Below, piece after piece: positions 60,748 to 64,000 of a stretch of DNA of 64,000 bases; position 1 is the first letter of the stretch, and the number at the start of each line of letters is the position of its first letter. Source of the stretch: an uncultured Clostridia bacterium (GTDB taxonomy: Bacteria > Bacillota > Clostridia > Christensenellales > UBA1242); contig CALWPF010000003.1 in NCBI GenBank assembly GCA_944383355.1, positions 4,246 to 68,245 of the forward strand. The letters are read 5' to 3'. Both the position numbers and the translations under genes were made by a program. The notes beneath the pieces were generated by a model. The model did not search any database and was not told the DNA's origin. It worked only from the letters and a program-made list of their open reading frames with translations.

Positions 60748-62799
60748 CTATATCTCCTCAGCAACAGTCCAAGCACGCCATACAACGGTCCTTAAATTAC
60801 CTACCCCGTTAGCATCTCCAACAATATGGACATTCTTTGCCTTTTTGGCAATAGGTGCAGGTATATATCCAACAGATACAATAACATTGTCAGCCTTCAC
60901 TTTTTGCTCTTGCCCTGTCTTGTCTACAATTATTACATAATCTTTGCCAATTTCCTTTACTTGGCTCTCAAGGTGTACTGGCACCTTGTGGTACTTAAAG
61001 TAATCTCTCAAATAAGAGGAATTAGCAAGGCACAATCCACTAGAAATCATCAAATCATTCTTTGCCTCAACTATTACAGGCTTTTTACCCTGCAAATGTA
61101 AATCATATGCAATCTCACAACCAGTCAAACCACCACCAATAATCACCACATTCTCGCCAACTTTTGAGCCATTCAAGTAATCCAATGCCTCAATACTATT
61201 CTCTATACCAGCAATGTTTAACTTACGAGCGACCGCTCCAGTAGCCACCACAATTTCATCAGCATCAAGCGATTGTATATCTGTAACCTCGGTATTTAAC
61301 TTAACCTCAATAGGCAACTTGGATATTTGGCGTTTGTACCATTCGATGAGCGCCCTATCCTTTTCCTTAAAACTAAAAGCAGATGCTGGTATAAACACTC
61401 CACCTAATTTGTCAGTTTTTTCGTACAGAGTAACTTTATGCCCACGCAATGCAGCTATTCTAGCGGTCTCCATACCGCCTACTCCGCCACCTATGACAGC
61501 AACTTTCTTAGGATTCTTGGTAGGAATTATATCAAACTTGTGCCCTTGCATTGTACGTGGATTTAGAGCACATCTAGACATATGCGCTACATCTTCAAAA
61601 CTAGCAGCATTAGCGACACCTTTGTAATGAGACAAAGGGAAACAAGCATTGTGACAACAAATACAAGGTTGGATGTCCTCCAATCTATCCTCTTTGAGCT
61701 TTGTCACCCACTCACCATCAGTCAAAAACTGTCTAGCGATACCAACTGCATCAATTCTACCATCTTTTACTGCCTGAGCTCCAACATCAGGCTCCATCCT
61801 ACCAGCACACACAACAGGAATATCTACAAACTTTTTAATGTGCGCAACATCTTCCAAATTGCAGTTTTTTGGCATATACTCAGGTGGATGAGCCCAATAC
61901 CAAGCATCATAAGTACCATTATCAGCATCAAACATGTCATAACCAGCGTCTTGCAGATATTTTGCGGCTTTTTCACTCTCAGCCATGTCACGACCAACTT
62001 CCTTAAATTCCTCACCAGGCATTGCACCAGAACAAAAGTCTTTGGTCTTGCTAACAACAGAGTAACGCAACGATACTGGGTAATTCTCACCACACACGCC
62101 CTTGATGGCCTTTACAACATCAGTAGCAAAGCGATATCTATTCTCAAAGCTACCACCGTACTCATCATCACGCTTGTTTGTGTATGTAGTAGTAAATTGA
62201 TCCAACAAGTACCCCTCATGTACCGCATGAACCTCAACACCATCGACACCAGCATCTTGACACATTTTAGCAGTCTTTGCAAATGCATCTACCATCTCTT
62301 GAATTTCCTTTTTGGTGAGTGCCCTACATGTAACATCCTCTGCCCAACGAGATGGTAATTCACTAGGAGATGCGCACAAATAAGAAGCATTAACTATAGG
62401 TTTTACCAAAGCCCCTATAACTTTGTGTTTTAGCAACATAACCATACTATCGGTAACAGCAAAAGAACGCCCAAAACCGGCTGTAAGCTGTATAAACAAC
62501 TTTGCACCAGTAGCATGAATCTCTTCCATATAAGACTTTAATCTCTTAAAAGCCTTTTTATTTTTATACAACCATTTACCACCAATAGTATCACGTAACG
62601 GAGCAATACCTGGGATAATCAATCCAACATTATTCTTTGCACGCTCCAAAAAAAACTCTGCAGCTGTTTCATTAAAGTAACTAGGTTTCATCCAACCAAA
62701 TAAAGATGTACCCCCCATAGGACACATAACTATCCTATTTTTGATCTCGACATCTCTAATTTTCCACGGTGTGAAAAGTGGCTCAAATTTTTTATCCAT
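60748..62799 (-). CDS. 2-enoate reductase-type NADH:flavin oxidoreductase (OYE family, Fe-S/FAD)
   Basis: KNRIVMCPMG, EVHAVHEGYLLDQF, NKRDDEYGGSFENR, CICCHNAC...C, two GxGxxG-type Rossmann motifs. Confidence 0.9.
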   Translation of the reverse strand: MDKKFEPLFTPWKIRDVEIKNRIVMCPMGGTSLFGWMKPSYFNETAAEFFLERAKNNVGLIIPGIAPLRDTIGGKWLYKNKKAFKRLKSYMEEIHATGAKLFIQLTAGFGRSFAVTDSMVMLLKHKVIGALVKPIVNASYLCASPSELPSRWAEDVTCRALTKKEIQEMVDAFAKTAKMCQDAGVDGVEVHAVHEGYLLDQFTTTYTNKRDDEYGGSFENRYRFATDVVKAIKGVCGENYPVSLRYSVVSKTKDFCSGAMPGEEFKEVGRDMAESEKAAKYLQDAGYDMFDADNGTYDAWYWAHPPEYMPKNCNLEDVAHIKKFVDIPVVCAGRMEPDVGAQAVKDGRIDAVGIARQFLTDGEWVTKLKEDRLEDIQPCICCHNACFPLSHYKGVANAASFEDVAHMSRCALNPRTMQGHKFDIIPTKNPKKVAVIGGGVGGMETARIAALRGHKVTLYEKTDKLGGVFIPASAFSFKEKDRALIEWYKRQISKLPIEVKLNTEVTDIQSLDADEIVVATGAVARKLNIAGIENSIEALDYLNGSKVGENVVIIGGGLTGCEIAYDLHLQGKKPVIVEAKNDLMISSGLCLANSSYLRDYFKYHKVPVHLESQVKEIGKDYVIIVDKTGQEQKVKADNVIVSVGYIPAPIAKKAKNVHIVGDANGVGNLRTVVWRAWTVAEEI

Positions 62800-62943
62800 T
62801 AAAACACTCCTTTTTATTTTTGGATTTATTTGAATTTAGTATAAAACAATAACTAAAAAAAAGTCAACAAAATGACAATTATTATACAAATTTTATTAAA
62901 AATAAAAGCAACAACTCAAATTAATCATTTTTGAACCAACAAA

Positions 62944-62971
62944 AAATAGTGGTAATGATTTTACCACTATC
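62944..62971 (-). terminator. Terminator upstream of the enoate reductase gene
   Basis: ATAGTGGTAA-tgatt-TTACCACTAT with a minus-strand U tract. Confidence 0.6.
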
Positions 62972-63166
62972 ATTTTGATAACTTTAAAAGTTACTCACTT
63001 TGATTCAAAATTCAAATAATATACCTATACATGGAGGTATTTTGAATCTCGTTTAGTATATTACATAAAGTGCATAGTACTGCTCAAAACCCTGTAAAAT
63101 ACACAAAAAACTGCATAGTACCATACAATATATACACGAAATATAAACTAAATCGACTATAAACTC

Positions 63167-64000
63167 TCATGATATAAATTTATCAATATCATTAACTCGT
63201 AAAGCCATACATGGTCTATCATTCCCATGTTCGTAGCAAATATTATCTACATAAAATAAATAAAAGCTATCATTGAAATCAAAATCACAAGCAGTAGTTT
63301 CCTCGTGAAAGATTGCAGTCACCCGCATACTTATTCCCGCCTCACTCTTTAACTCAGCACCGGACTTATCCAATTTAAACTTTATAGTCTGCATAGCCTC
63401 AGCAATTTGCATTGGCATATTATCACTCTTGCGAACTACAGTTTCATTTTTTAAACACTCAAAATCTTGCAACAAATTTATGTTAATATTTGGAGCAAAA
63501 AAACTACGAACCTTTAACCCATTATGACTAACATAGGATTTTTGCAAACACTCTTTGTATGCATCTTCAAAATTCTTTGTGCCGTCTGTCCTATAAAATA
63601 TTAATGAATTTTTTTCATCAGCATCTAATACGCGTACAGCAAAATCATTCTGATTATTATAAAACATAGGATTAACCTGCTTTAAGCGTTTATCAAAATT
63701 GTCCGCACCAAAAAATTTTACCTGTTGTTTTTTCTTACCGAATAGCCTAGTACTCTCGTCAAAGTCACCATTAAATTTAAAATGTTTAACCAATATAGCA
63801 TAAATAAATAATCTGCTAGAAAAATCAGCATTATCAAATTGGAATTTATCCAGTATATCACTACGTTCATTAAATTTATCCAATATATCATTTTGTATTT
63901 GATTTTTTAAGTTGAGTGTGGCGCCACCAGACTTGACATAATAGTCATTTTTATTTAAATAATATTCTCTATTATCCTCTACCGTCAAATTACTCAAATA
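63167..64000 (-). CDS. Serpin-like hypothetical protein (partial, frame open past the window end)
   Basis: YAILVKHFKF..DF and C-terminal IAEAMQTIKFKLDKSGAE...FDFNDSFYLF...P.MALRV resemble serpin breach/hinge/s4B-s5B segments. Confidence 0.55.
   Translation of the reverse strand, partial: YLSNLTVEDNREYYLNKNDYYVKSGGATLNLKNQIQNDILDKFNERSDILDKFQFDNADFSSRLFIYAILVKHFKFNGDFDESTRLFGKKKQQVKFFGADNFDKRLKQVNPMFYNNQNDFAVRVLDADEKNSLIFYRTDGTKNFEDAYKECLQKSYVSHNGLKVRSFFAPNININLLQDFECLKNETVVRKSDNMPMQIAEAMQTIKFKLDKSGAELKSEAGISMRVTAIFHEETTACDFDFNDSFYLFYVDNICYEHGNDRPCMALRVNDIDKFIS

Noticed and set aside
308-62358. Many short antisense or alternate-frame ORFs (for example 20203-20706, 38590-39144, 61582-62358)
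   Set aside because: Shadow ORFs of well-supported genes, with no RBS or recognisable motifs

Overview
AT-rich chromosomal window from a spore-forming Clostridia-type Firmicute (inferred from spoIIGA-sigE-sigG, spoIVA, ylmC and sigA/sigE/sigF-like promoters). It contains typA, a 7-tRNA cluster plus a lone tRNA-Gly(CCC), coaD and a CoaE-metallo-beta-lactamase fusion, ndk/gmk, a YhhN-GGCT-AlkP operon, a two-knuckle MetRS, orphan genes, an OLD-type ATPase with a degenerate TOPRIM domain, ftsH, a rearranged division/sporulation block (spoIIGA-sigE-sigG-ylmC-nrdR-der-plsY-murA-ftsQ-ftsA-ftsZ-spoIVA), pgsA, a YtlA/C/D-like ABC transporter, two tandem giant FN3-like repeat surface proteins (about 4080 and 2415 aa), a coiled-coil DIP1984/DUF6847-like gene followed by a roughly 230-nt structured, repeat-containing putative RNA, an enoate reductase and a partial serpin-like gene. 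I saw no CRISPR array, integrase, transposase or reverse transcriptase. Best leads: the coiled-coil protein plus RNA module at 59.8-60.6 kb, an ATC start codon on murA, the giant surface-protein pair, the CoaE-MBL fusion, two apparent pseudo-enzymes, and a dispersed TGCATAGTAC motif found twice as pairs spaced 41 bp. Family assignments come from motif recognition by eye, not database searches.
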